Below are positions 51,504 to 58,614 of a DNA stretch of 58,614 nucleotides, in pieces. This stretch comes from an uncultured virus (IMG/VR IMGVR_UViG_3300022660_000058) (Duplodnaviria > Heunggongvirae > Uroviricota > Caudoviricetes). Below the pieces are notes generated by a model, which saw nothing but the letters and a program-made list of their open reading frames with translations, was not told the DNA's origin and searched no databases. Numbering within the stretch: the stretch's first letter is position 1; every line of letters starts with the position of its first letter. A program made the translations under genes and the position numbers. Where the stretch lies: the IMG/VR virus record IMGVR_UViG_3300022660_000058; one strand, given 5' to 3'.

Positions 51504-51986
51504 TTACCATAAATCATTAGTTAAAGAAGTAAAGGTGTTATTGTCCGTTTTTTTGGACTCTAAATTATGATTAACATTTTTATCAACTTTAATTTCATAA
51601 TCAACAACATCGGACTTTTGTATTTTTGCTTCAGCCTTTTTAGCCTTTTTTAATCTTAAAACTACATCATTGATATTATTATTTACAATAGCAAAAACAT
51701 AATTAAACTTAGCCTGTTCATTAGCAAAGCTCTTTGTTTGTAATGCTTGTTGAATCTTATCCTTGCAGAAAATAAAGGTTAAATAAATAGTCTTATAATC
51801 ATATTTTGCCATAGTTTTAGTTTTCTTATTGGCATAATATTTACCTTCTGATAATCCTTTTAATCGCATAACGGCAAATTTTGGTAATGCCATAGTATCA
51901 TCATAACCTAATATCTTTTTGACATAATTATATAATGTGTCCCAATCCTGTTTTTCTTTATCGGTCATTTTTGCCATTGTAATCAC
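51504..51986 (-). CDS. Hypothetical protein (replication cluster)
   Basis: ORF between Sak4-like gene and helicase. Confidence 0.55.
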   Translation of the reverse strand: MITMAKMTDKEKQDWDTLYNYVKKILGYDDTMALPKFAVMRLKGLSEGKYYANKKTKTMAKYDYKTIYLTFIFCKDKIQQALQTKSFANEQAKFNYVFAIVNNNINDVVLRLKKAKKAEAKIQKSDVVDYEIKVDKNVNHNLESKKTDNNTFTSLTNDLW

Positions 51987-52007
51987 CTTTACTGAATTTA
52001 GTATTAA

Positions 52008-52032
52008 AGGGGATATTGATTTAATATCCCCT
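52008..52032 (-). terminator. Hairpin (possible terminator or attenuator)
   Basis: AGGGGATATT-gattt-AATATCCCCT. Confidence 0.45.
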
Positions 52033-52042
52033 GTTTATTATT

Positions 52043-52071
52043 ATTATAATATTATTTTATTGATTTGTCAA
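52043..52071 (-). promoter_or_regulatory. Conserved phage sigma-A-type promoter
   Basis: TTGACA-17-TATAAT with AAAATAATAT spacer. Confidence 0.85.
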
Positions 52072-52076
52072 GCCCT

Positions 52077-53036
52077 TTAAAGAGTTTTTATAAGGTCAAC
52101 TAATTCTTTAAGGTTTTCGAGAGGATTACCTGCTAAATCCTTAATATTAATTTCAAGTGATTTCATAGTCTTGGTAAGCTGTGCCTTCTGTGTATCATCG
52201 GCAGTCTTAATAAAAGCCTTAATTTCTTCAGCAAGGTCTTTTGCACTTGCTTCATCACTTGCCATTCTATCCTCGTCTTTAACCGTGTCAGAACGGAAAT
52301 TTACAACAGCTTCTTTATTCTTGATATTGTTATTGTAAACATCTTCCCAATTCTTGAAAGAAGGATTTTCAATAATGTCGTGCTTCTTATATGTCTGTGT
52401 ACGGTCTTTAAGCACTTCACCAAAATACTTAACTTCCTTGGTCTTTTTATCTTCTTCGGTAGTAAGTCTCAGAATAATATCGTAGTCAAAAGCAATGCCG
52501 TTTGCAGTATCAGGCTTGTAGCCTACAACAACCCAATTTTCTCCTCTTTTTTCCTTGATTTCTTTTTCCTGTGCAACATTAACAATATTAATACCCTGAG
52601 AAGCCAACATAAGCTGTGTATCGTTGATTCTCTTCATTATATTCTTAATCTTGCCCCATTCTCTCTGTGAAAGGTTAGCATCGTCAACATCTTGACCCTT
52701 ACGCTTTGCTCTCTTTTCAACAAGATTCTGCTGAACAACCTGAAGGTTATTATAAAACTTAGTTACACTATCAATAGTTAAAGTCTTAATTGCGTTTTCA
52801 GGCAGAAGTTCATTTTCAACTTCGTCAAGAGCTTCTTCTAAATCGTAAATACTATTTGTAGTTACCATAAGAGCGATATTAGGATTTTCCTTATAGAATG
52901 TATAACCATCCTCAGAGTCTACAATAGCATTATCGGGGAAACTAAGGGCAAAGGTAGACTTACCTGTGCCTGTGTCTCCATAAAGTAATACTTTAAGTGC
53001 TTTCTTTGTCTTTTCAGGCTTTTTAAAAATTCCCAT
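52077..53036 (-). CDS. Sak4-like (AAA_24) recombination ATPase
   Basis: LLYGDTGTGKST, VDSEDG, TIDSVT, WG.IK, KDRT. Confidence 0.8.
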   Translation of the reverse strand: MGIFKKPEKTKKALKVLLYGDTGTGKSTFALSFPDNAIVDSEDGYTFYKENPNIALMVTTNSIYDLEEALDEVENELLPENAIKTLTIDSVTKFYNNLQVVQQNLVEKRAKRKGQDVDDANLSQREWGKIKNIMKRINDTQLMLASQGINIVNVAQEKEIKEKRGENWVVVGYKPDTANGIAFDYDIILRLTTEEDKKTKEVKYFGEVLKDRTQTYKKHDIIENPSFKNWEDVYNNNIKNKEAVVNFRSDTVKDEDRMASDEASAKDLAEEIKAFIKTADDTQKAQLTKTMKSLEINIKDLAGNPLENLKELVDLIKTL

Positions 53037-53065
53037 ATTATATTATCTCCTTGTCATATTATTCG

Positions 53066-54283
53066 TTAATCTAATCCCAATGCTTTCAGAAGGTCATCTT
53101 CGTCATCATTAGAACTATCACCCATAAGCTCATTAATGTCGATTTCATCATCGTCATCAACTTCTACAGACTCTTCTTCATCGTCTGTATCAACAAACTG
53201 ACTAATGAATACAAAATCATCAGGTGTGTACTTGCCATCTTCACGCATAATTACAAGGTGCTTCTTATCAGGGTCATCACTATCGTTCTTAGTAATAAAC
53301 TGATTAATTACCATTCGTTTATCCTTTTGACCATTGGTATATTTTGCAAACGCCTCTTCCTCACTAAGCATACCTGCATCGACCATCATTCTTACATCGT
53401 CATCAAGGTCATCAAGTGTAACCGTAGTAATTACACCACCCTCTGAGAATGTTCCAATAACGCCAAGTTCAAGAATAGTATTCTTCTTTGTTGGCTTAAA
53501 GAATTTGTCGAGTAACATCTTGGTCTTTTCAGGAGCTTCAATATTGAGAACATCAAAATAGAATGTCTTGGGGAATACTACATTCTGCTTAACTTCTGTA
53601 CCGTCAACCTTACCAACATAGTCAATTACATAGGCATCAATAGGATATGTATTCTTTTCTCTATCGAACCTACCTACACTATCGGCATCAAGCAAGATAG
53701 TCTGTCTAAACTCTGCCTTAAAATCTTTTTCTTCGGTTTTTGTTGAAAGATAAATGTTTTTAATATTCTTCTGAACACTAACATTATCGTTGTAATGCTG
53801 ATACTGAAGATTACCTGTAACATTTACAATAGTGCCATCTGTAAGATGTTCTGATAAATATTCAACTGCATCGTATGCAGAAAGGAATTTCTTAACATAG
53901 GTCTTACCCTTACTATCCTTTTCAATGCCTACTCTGATAAAGCAGTCATCACCAATGGTTTCAAGAATCTTATCGTCAAATCTATCATCCCAATCAATAG
54001 TAAATCTATTCTCATAGTCTGATACGAGCTTGCCATTTGTATCCTTCTTGACACCGTGAACATAAATTACATTGTCTCTTGTAGCACCATAGCCACCCAT
54101 AAGATTTGAGTATACAACACCATTACCAACATCAACACCAAGTTGCATTTGTGAATAAATCCAATCACTTGACTGTGATTCGTTGTCAATACTGAATGTA
54201 TTATCACCAACCTTTGCCTTACCGATAATGGTAAATTGAGATGCACCCTTCTTTAGAGGTGTCTTTTCAGTCTGTTTTGCCAT
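53066..54283 (-). CDS. Putative single-stranded DNA-binding protein
   Basis: Beta-rich, very acidic C-terminal tail, adjacent to the Sak4-like gene. Confidence 0.5.
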   Translation of the reverse strand: MAKQTEKTPLKKGASQFTIIGKAKVGDNTFSIDNESQSSDWIYSQMQLGVDVGNGVVYSNLMGGYGATRDNVIYVHGVKKDTNGKLVSDYENRFTIDWDDRFDDKILETIGDDCFIRVGIEKDSKGKTYVKKFLSAYDAVEYLSEHLTDGTIVNVTGNLQYQHYNDNVSVQKNIKNIYLSTKTEEKDFKAEFRQTILLDADSVGRFDREKNTYPIDAYVIDYVGKVDGTEVKQNVVFPKTFYFDVLNIEAPEKTKMLLDKFFKPTKKNTILELGVIGTFSEGGVITTVTLDDLDDDVRMMVDAGMLSEEEAFAKYTNGQKDKRMVINQFITKNDSDDPDKKHLVIMREDGKYTPDDFVFISQFVDTDDEEESVEVDDDDEIDINELMGDSSNDDEDDLLKALGLD

Positions 54284-54359
54284 TAAAAATTCTCCTTTGC
54301 AATATTATTTTGTTTATTTGTAAATTTATATAAACACTTATAAATAAGTGATTATTTTA

Positions 54360-55901
54360 TTATACAACTGTACGAAGTGCCTCTTCAACAGCCTTATATC
54401 TTTCAGAATTAAGTTCCTTAACTAATGCCTTATAAGGGTCAAGCTCACCATTCAGCACAAGCTTCATAATGTTTGCAGAGAAACCACTAACAAGTGCTAC
54501 ACCCATATCATTTTGCTTTACAGGAATTGTACCTGTTCTTGAAGCAAGATTCCAAAAGATAAGTCTCGGAAGTTTATAACCATACTGAGCATACTTATTT
54601 GCAATAACATCAAAGAGTGTTGCACTAACACGACCACGACCATTAGTTGTTGCACAACTGTCAAATTCCATATCTGAAAGAATAAGAACATTCTGAGGAA
54701 TTTCATCCTGTGTCATATGGTTATTGATTGCTGTCTTTAAAATAAGGTCAAACACAGCTTCAATATTTGTATTTGCCACCTCATTGTGCTTTAATGCAAT
54801 TTCAAGCTTATCGTGTAAAGAACTTGCATTTGTAAAATCAACCAACTGTGGTCTATTACTAAATGTAATATACTTATCCTTAAACTCTCCACTACATCTC
54901 TCACCACAATAAATAGCAAGAGCATTTGCAACCTCTAAAGCAGTTGTAGAAGAATTACTATCAACTGGTGTCATCATAGAACCTGAACCATCGGCAACAA
55001 CGATTGTGTCTTTAATATTGCCAATATCTTTAAGTGATTTCCACATCTGTTCAAGTGCTTCGTCATAAGAGCCTACTCTACTGCCCCAATAACCTCTGCT
55101 ATACTTATGAACTACATCGTGTGGGAAAAGTACACTTGCATTAATTTTGGTTTCACCCTTTTTGAGACTTTCGAGATATGCTCTTCTTCTCTCTTCATCA
55201 TTACGCATAAAGGCATTTGAATACTTGATATTTGCCTTTGAGGGAACAGTAGAATAATCAATGTTTTCCCATTCCTTTGCAGACATCTTACATTCAACAA
55301 CATCAAGATACTTTCTAAGAGCAGAAAGGGTCTTACGATACCTTCTTGCATCCCAATCTAAACTGTTTCTAATGAGTGTAGCTTTTCTCTTAGTGTCTTT
55401 TGAACTTGCATTTTCACTCGGCATCCACTTTGCAAGAAGTGAAATAGGCTTGTCTTCACGCATATTCATCTTGTCAAGAGCTAACTGAGTTTTAATGCTT
55501 ACTAATGCTTCATTAACAACTTCTACATTGCCACATTCAATAAGCGTAATAAGATTATCCCATCTTGAATATTCAGGAATAAGCTTGATTACTGCAATGG
55601 CAATATCAGTATGCTGTTCGGCAAGATAATTCATAATTACTCTGAATGTTCTTCTTTCGCCAAGACCTTCTCTTACATCTGAAGCATAGAAAAGCCACTT
55701 AACTGCAAGCATTGGATTTTCATAATAAGCATCAATAAACTTATTGATAATTTCCTGCTCACTTGCTTTTCTTAAACTTGCAACTGCAAAGTTTAAATCA
55801 AGAAGGTTCTTACCTGTTGTAGCATAACCTACTGCACCATTTTCTGTAATGGAAATTCGATTATCCATTTCGTTCTTCATTGCTGACATAAAATTACTCA
55901 T
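54360..55901 (-). CDS. TROVE/Ro60-like protein with C-terminal vWA domain (DUF2828-type)
   Basis: TENGA..LDL, D.R.G.GER..F, LAKWMPSE, RYRK.L..L, Y..VPS.A, MIDAS VADGSGSM, T-N motif, LSDMEFD, IFWNL, VSGFS. Confidence 0.78.
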   Translation of the reverse strand: MSNFMSAMKNEMDNRISITENGAVGYATTGKNLLDLNFAVASLRKASEQEIINKFIDAYYENPMLAVKWLFYASDVREGLGERRTFRVIMNYLAEQHTDIAIAVIKLIPEYSRWDNLITLIECGNVEVVNEALVSIKTQLALDKMNMREDKPISLLAKWMPSENASSKDTKRKATLIRNSLDWDARRYRKTLSALRKYLDVVECKMSAKEWENIDYSTVPSKANIKYSNAFMRNDEERRRAYLESLKKGETKINASVLFPHDVVHKYSRGYWGSRVGSYDEALEQMWKSLKDIGNIKDTIVVADGSGSMMTPVDSNSSTTALEVANALAIYCGERCSGEFKDKYITFSNRPQLVDFTNASSLHDKLEIALKHNEVANTNIEAVFDLILKTAINNHMTQDEIPQNVLILSDMEFDSCATTNGRGRVSATLFDVIANKYAQYGYKLPRLIFWNLASRTGTIPVKQNDMGVALVSGFSANIMKLVLNGELDPYKALVKELNSERYKAVEEALRTVV

Positions 55902-55957
55902 TTTTAATAACCTCACTTTGAATTTTAAATTTTAATTTTAATATATATTTAAAATTC

Positions 55958-56020
55958 CAAGGCTCAATTTTGCATTACAGATTAGCAGTCTGTCCCAAAA
56001 GATTTTGCTGTACGAGCCTT
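55958..56020 (-). ncRNA. Y-RNA-like unit 1, carrying a Ser(GCU) anticodon arm
   Basis: Terminal stem AAGGCUC/GAGCCUUG, ACAGCAA, internal ACAGA-CUGCUAA-UCUGU. Confidence 0.7.
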
Positions 56021-56040
56021 AGAAATTATTTTAAAAAATA

Positions 56041-56110
56041 CAAGTCGCAATTTTTGTATAAGTTTAAATTTCAAGTTTAATCTCATAGTATGATTTGCTG
56101 TATGCGACTT
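56041..56110 (-). ncRNA. Y-RNA-like unit 2, carrying a Ser(UGA) anticodon arm
   Basis: Stem AAGUCGCA/UGCGACUUG, ACAGCAA, internal UUAAA-CUUGAAA-UUUAA. Confidence 0.7.
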
Positions 56111-56133
56111 ATGTATATTAAAGAAAGGAGAGA

Positions 56134-56196
56134 CAAGACACATTGAAAAGAAAGCCACCATCGTCTATTAGTAAATTTATTTGCTGTATGTGTCTT
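56134..56196 (-). ncRNA. Y-RNA-like unit 3 (cargo not recognised)
   Basis: Stem AAGACACA/UGUGUCUUG plus ACAGCAA. Confidence 0.65.
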
Positions 56197-56221
56197 AAAA
56201 GGAGAATCAAAACGAAACCCT

Positions 56222-56295
56222 TGGAGCAACATAAGGTACTTGAAACCTTATTTTCTGATTGGAAATCAAATGTGTTACCGTTACACCAATGTTGC
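56222..56295 (-). tRNA. tRNA-Gly(UCC)
   Basis: Cloverleaf with GCAACAU/AUGUUGC acceptor, UU-UCC-AA loop, encoded CCA. Confidence 0.85.
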
Positions 56296-56304
56296 ATATA
56301 ATAA

Positions 56305-56435
56305 CAAGACTCTATCAATAAACAATAGTCGCTGTCTTACCCCTTGACTACTACCTCATTCGGCAGGTAGGAATCGAACCTACGAATGGCGACTTGGCTT
56401 CTGTTATTTGAAAAAAGAATTGCTGTTAGAGTCTT
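56305..56435 (-). ncRNA. Y-RNA-like unit 4: YrlA-like circularly permuted tRNA body
   Basis: Stem AAGACUCU/AGAGUCUUG plus ACAGCAA; then AGUCGC, variable loop, T arm GUAGG-UUCGAUU-CCUAC, closed acceptor CUGCC/GGUAG, D arm GUC-AAGGGGUAA-GAC, GCGACU. Confidence 0.8.
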
Positions 56436-56442
56436 ATTTATT

Positions 56443-56518
<76 letters not shown>

Positions 56519-56552
56519 ATATATAATTAAAAAATTTTATAACATTAGGGTG

Positions 56553-56645
56553 TTATATACCCAACACTTCTCTTACAAGCTCTATCGGCAATTCCTGTCC
56601 GTAAGCAAGTGCAAGAATAATTAAACTTCTCTTTAACTTAGACAT
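56553..56645 (-). CDS. Small 30-aa peptide MSKLKRSLIILALAYGQELPIELVREVLGI
   Basis: AAGGAGG RBS upstream of the ATG; below the ORF-track size cutoff. Confidence 0.55.
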   Translation of the reverse strand: MSKLKRSLIILALAYGQELPIELVREVLGI

Positions 56646-56678
56646 TTACATTCCTCCTTATTTTATTTTATTGATTAA

Positions 56679-56754
56679 TGGTGCAGATGGTGGGAGTTGA
56701 ACCCGACTTAAGCACGATTAAAAGTCGTGTGCCTGACCGTTAGGCTACATCTGC
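56679..56754 (-). tRNA. tRNA-Lys(UUU)
   Basis: CACGA-CUUUUAA-UCGUG anticodon arm, GCAGAUG/CAUCUGC acceptor, encoded CCA. Confidence 0.82.
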
Positions 56755-56757
56755 ATA

Positions 56758-56833
56758 TGGCGGTGACAGAAGGACTTGAACCTTCGACACAGTGGTTAAC
56801 AGCCACTCGCTCTACCTACTGAGCTATGCCACC
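56758..56833 (-). tRNA. tRNA-Asn(GUU)
   Basis: AGUGG-CUGUUAA-CCACU arm, canonical D and T arms, encoded CCA. Confidence 0.92.
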
Positions 56834-56964
56834 ATAAAATGATAAGCGTAGCTGACATACTACCTTATCTTGCTTCTGTATTTTACAACTTGCAGTAGAC
56901 CATTGTTGGGTTTTTACAAAAACGCCTTATGTCAGATGTGTTTTCGGTGTTGTCCTTCACATTA

Positions 56965-57039
56965 TGGCAGGGGTAATAGGGTTTGAACCTATAATAATGG
57001 AGTCAAAGTCCATCGTGTTGCCAATTACACCATACCCCT
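56965..57039 (-). tRNA. tRNA-Gln(UUG)
   Basis: AUGGA-CUUUGAC-UCCAU arm, encoded CCA. Confidence 0.9.
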
Positions 57040-57111
57040 ATGTTTGGTGGTTATTAAGGTCAACCACCATAACCTTTTGAAAGAGGTTTATTATGACAAA
57101 TCATCAACAAG

Positions 57112-57185
57112 TGGTGGAAAATGTCAGAATTGAACTGCTCCCCACCCTCCCAAGGGGCGTGTGCTACCGTTACACCACATTCTCC
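57112..57185 (-). tRNA. tRNA-Pro(UGG), imperfect T stem
   Basis: CGCCC-CUUGGGA-GGGUG arm, GGAGAAU/AUUUUCC acceptor, encoded CCA. Confidence 0.7.
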
Positions 57186-57190
57186 ATATT

Positions 57191-57254
57191 CAAGACACAT
57201 TTCAGGTTTTATAGTTTAAAAGACTATTCCTAAATAATTTGCTGTATGTGTCTT
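57191..57254 (-). ncRNA. Y-RNA-like unit 5, carrying a Lys(UUU) anticodon arm
   Basis: Stem AAGACACA/UGUGUCUUG, ACAGCAA, internal AUAGU-CUUUUAA-ACUAU. Confidence 0.72.
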
Positions 57255-57267
57255 TATTGATTAGGTT

Positions 57268-57354
57268 TTAATAGGGCAGTAAATCTGCACCGAAAATTAA
57301 ACAAAAGAAATTCATAATTGATGTGAATACAATATTGATAATATCAAGTGCCAT
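57268..57354 (-). CDS. Small hydrophobic 28-aa peptide MALDIINIVFTSIMNFFCLIFGADLLPY
   Basis: AAGGGAG RBS upstream; single TM-like segment. Confidence 0.45.
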   Translation of the reverse strand: MALDIINIVFTSIMNFFCLIFGADLLPY

Positions 57355-57386
57355 AGTGTTACTCCCTTCTTTTAAATTTCTATATT

Positions 57387-57527
57387 CAAGATACATTTTT
57401 ATTGATTTATCGTTGCTCTACCGACTGAGCTATCCTGCCATTGGGGGCAGGAGCAGGACTCGAACCTACGACCTACGGCTCTATGTTGCTTATCATTAAA
57501 AATTTACTTATTTGCTGTATGTATCTT
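57387..57527 (-). ncRNA. Y-RNA-like unit 6: YrlA-like circularly permuted tRNA body
   Basis: Stem AAGAUACA/UGUAUCUUG plus ACAGCAA; AGGUC variable loop, T arm GUAGG-UUCGAGU-CCUGC, acceptor UCCUGCC-(CCCAAU)-GGCAGGA, D arm UAGCUCAGUCGGUAGAGCA. Confidence 0.82.
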
Positions 57528-57529
57528 TT

Positions 57530-57616
57530 TGGTAGCGATAGTGGGACTTGAACCCACACGGTATTTCTACCCTCAGATTTTAAGTCTGATGTGTCTGCCT
57601 ATTCCACCATACCGCC
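57530..57616 (-). tRNA. tRNA-Leu(UAA)
   Basis: UCAGA-CUUAAAA-UCUGA arm, long variable arm, encoded CCA. Confidence 0.92.
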
Positions 57617-57657
57617 ATATTTACAGGGTGTAATCAAACACACCCTATTTTATTTTG

Positions 57658-57814
57658 CAAGGCTCTAATTCTAAACTCTATTCAACACGGCTTTAAAAAC
57701 TATCAACGATACAGGTATCGTCAGATTTGGAAACTCACCGTAAAAGTTTTGTTCAACCCAATTCTTTTTAAATCTTTATTTGATAATTTCACTATCGTTT
57801 GCTGTGTGAGCCTT
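57658..57814 (-). ncRNA. Y-RNA-like unit 7 (long cargo, possibly a degenerate permuted tRNA)
   Basis: Stem AAGGCUC/GAGCCUUG plus ACAGCAA; internal ACGG/CCGU pair enclosing the hairpin ACGAUAC/GUAUCGU. Confidence 0.6.
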
Positions 57815-57822
57815 TAATTTTT

Positions 57823-57898
57823 CAAGACACATTGCATTATAACTTTTTTATTCCTCTAATAAATGTCTATAATTTCTAATGTTTGCTGTATGTGCCTT
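57823..57898 (-). ncRNA. Y-RNA-like unit 8
   Basis: Stem AAGGCACA/UGUGUCUUG (G-U pair) plus ACAGCAA; internal UUUAUU/AAUAAA hairpin. Confidence 0.65.
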
Positions 57899-58070
57899 TC
57901 GTGTCTTCGTCAGACTAAAATTTTCAACTGATATTAAGCTAAAGGACTTTCACCTTTAGGAATGGTGGTTGGGTTTGTGTATGCATCCACTTCCAACGGT
58001 CTACTGATGACCAATCGCTAATCTGTTACACCATTTTTTCATATCTTGTACTTTTAAGAGATTTTCTTTT

Positions 58071-58153
58071 TGGTCGATGCAATTAGGAATCGAACCTAAT
58101 CCTTGCGACTCACTCTGAGTCACTGTGCTACCCATCCTCTACACTATACATCT
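58071..58153 (-). tRNA. Atypical tRNA-like gene (enlarged anticodon arm, 1:72 mismatch)
   Basis: Perfect T arm UUAGG-UUCGAUU-CCUAA, GAUGUA/UGCAUC acceptor, ACCA end; anticodon arm GUGAC-UCAGAGUGA-GUCGC. Confidence 0.55.
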
Positions 58154-58281
58154 AAATCCCTGCTACACCAAACTCACTATTGTACGGATAGTATTGAGCT
58201 TAGTTTGTACATTGTAGCATACTCGATATGGCTTTGTACTCACTACTTAATTTGTTCTGTAATCTCTCGACTACATTTACT

Positions 58282-58310
58282 ATTATAATATTATTTTGTT
58301 GTTTTGTCAA
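58282..58310 (-). promoter_or_regulatory. Conserved phage promoter (tRNA/ncRNA cluster, P1)
   Basis: TTGACA-17-TATAAT with AAAATAATAT spacer. Confidence 0.85.
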
Positions 58311-58382
58311 GAGGTTTTTGAAACTTTTTTGATTTTTTCTTAAATCTTTTTGTTCGGCTTTCTTCGACCACTGACATACTCT

Positions 58383-58411
58383 ATTATAATATTATTTTAT
58401 TCATTTGTCAA
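58383..58411 (-). promoter_or_regulatory. Conserved phage promoter (P2)
   Basis: TTGACA-17-TATAAT with AAAATAATAT spacer. Confidence 0.85.
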
Positions 58412-58542
58412 GGGGTTTTTGAAATATTTTTCAAAAAGTTGGCTACCGATTTGAGGAAAGACTATACAGACACTTATATCCAACAGTTCGACAGCTCAAT
58501 GCTTTCCTACAATCAAACTGTTCCCTCCACCTGACATATTCT

Positions 58543-58571
58543 ATTATAATATTATTTTCTTGTTTTGTCAA
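58543..58571 (-). promoter_or_regulatory. Conserved phage promoter (P3)
   Basis: TTGACA-17-TATAAT with AAAATAATAT spacer. Confidence 0.85.
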
Positions 58572-58614
58572 TACCTTTTTGTAAAATTTTTCAATTTCTT
58601 TTAAAACTCATATT

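Noticed and set aside
56118..56318. 66-aa minus-strand ORF from the ORF track
   Set aside because: Overlaps tRNA-Gly and Y-RNA-like units 3 and 4; no RBS; spurious.
57045..57088. Hairpins TGGTGGTT..AACCACCA and AACCT(T)TT..AAGAGGTT as a CCA-ended minihelix RNA
   Set aside because: The CCA is fully paired within a simple inverted repeat, and there is no other support for a discrete RNA.
57896..57915. Hammerhead-like CUGACGA..GAAA on the minus strand (and CTGATGA on + near 58003)
   Set aside because: No paired stem II, and no stems I/III with a cleavage triplet could be built.
58103..58288. 61-aa plus-strand ORF
   Set aside because: Antisense to the tRNA-like gene and promoter-driven RNA; no RBS.

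Overview
AT-rich fragment of a large, apparently temperate Firmicutes (Clostridia-like) siphophage genome. Bases 1-15974 (+ strand) hold the late module: a tape-measure gene split by a group I intron with an endonuclease ORF, then tail/baseplate proteins, endolysin and holins. The rest is on the - strand: a tyrosine integrase with a probable attP carrying a replacement 3' end of a host yebC-like gene; DNA ligase; nucleotide metabolism (dUTPase, NrdD/NrdG, glutaredoxin, FTR-like protein, ThyX-like protein); RecD2, DnaE, GroEL/GroES, primase, DnaB, Sak4 and an SSB-like protein; DNA-modification genes; and RNA end-healing/sealing enzymes. Most striking is 54360-58153. A TROVE/Ro60-like vWA (DUF2828-type) gene is preceded by a tRNA cluster interleaved with eight copies of a structured RNA unit with a covarying terminal stem and invariant ACAGCAA. 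The units carry different tRNA parts: three have isolated anticodon arms (Ser-GCU, Ser-UGA, Lys-UUU) and two have circularly permuted tRNA bodies (YrlA-like). This suggests a modular Y-RNA-like tRNA-mimic system. All product calls come from motif recognition by eye; no database searches were run.
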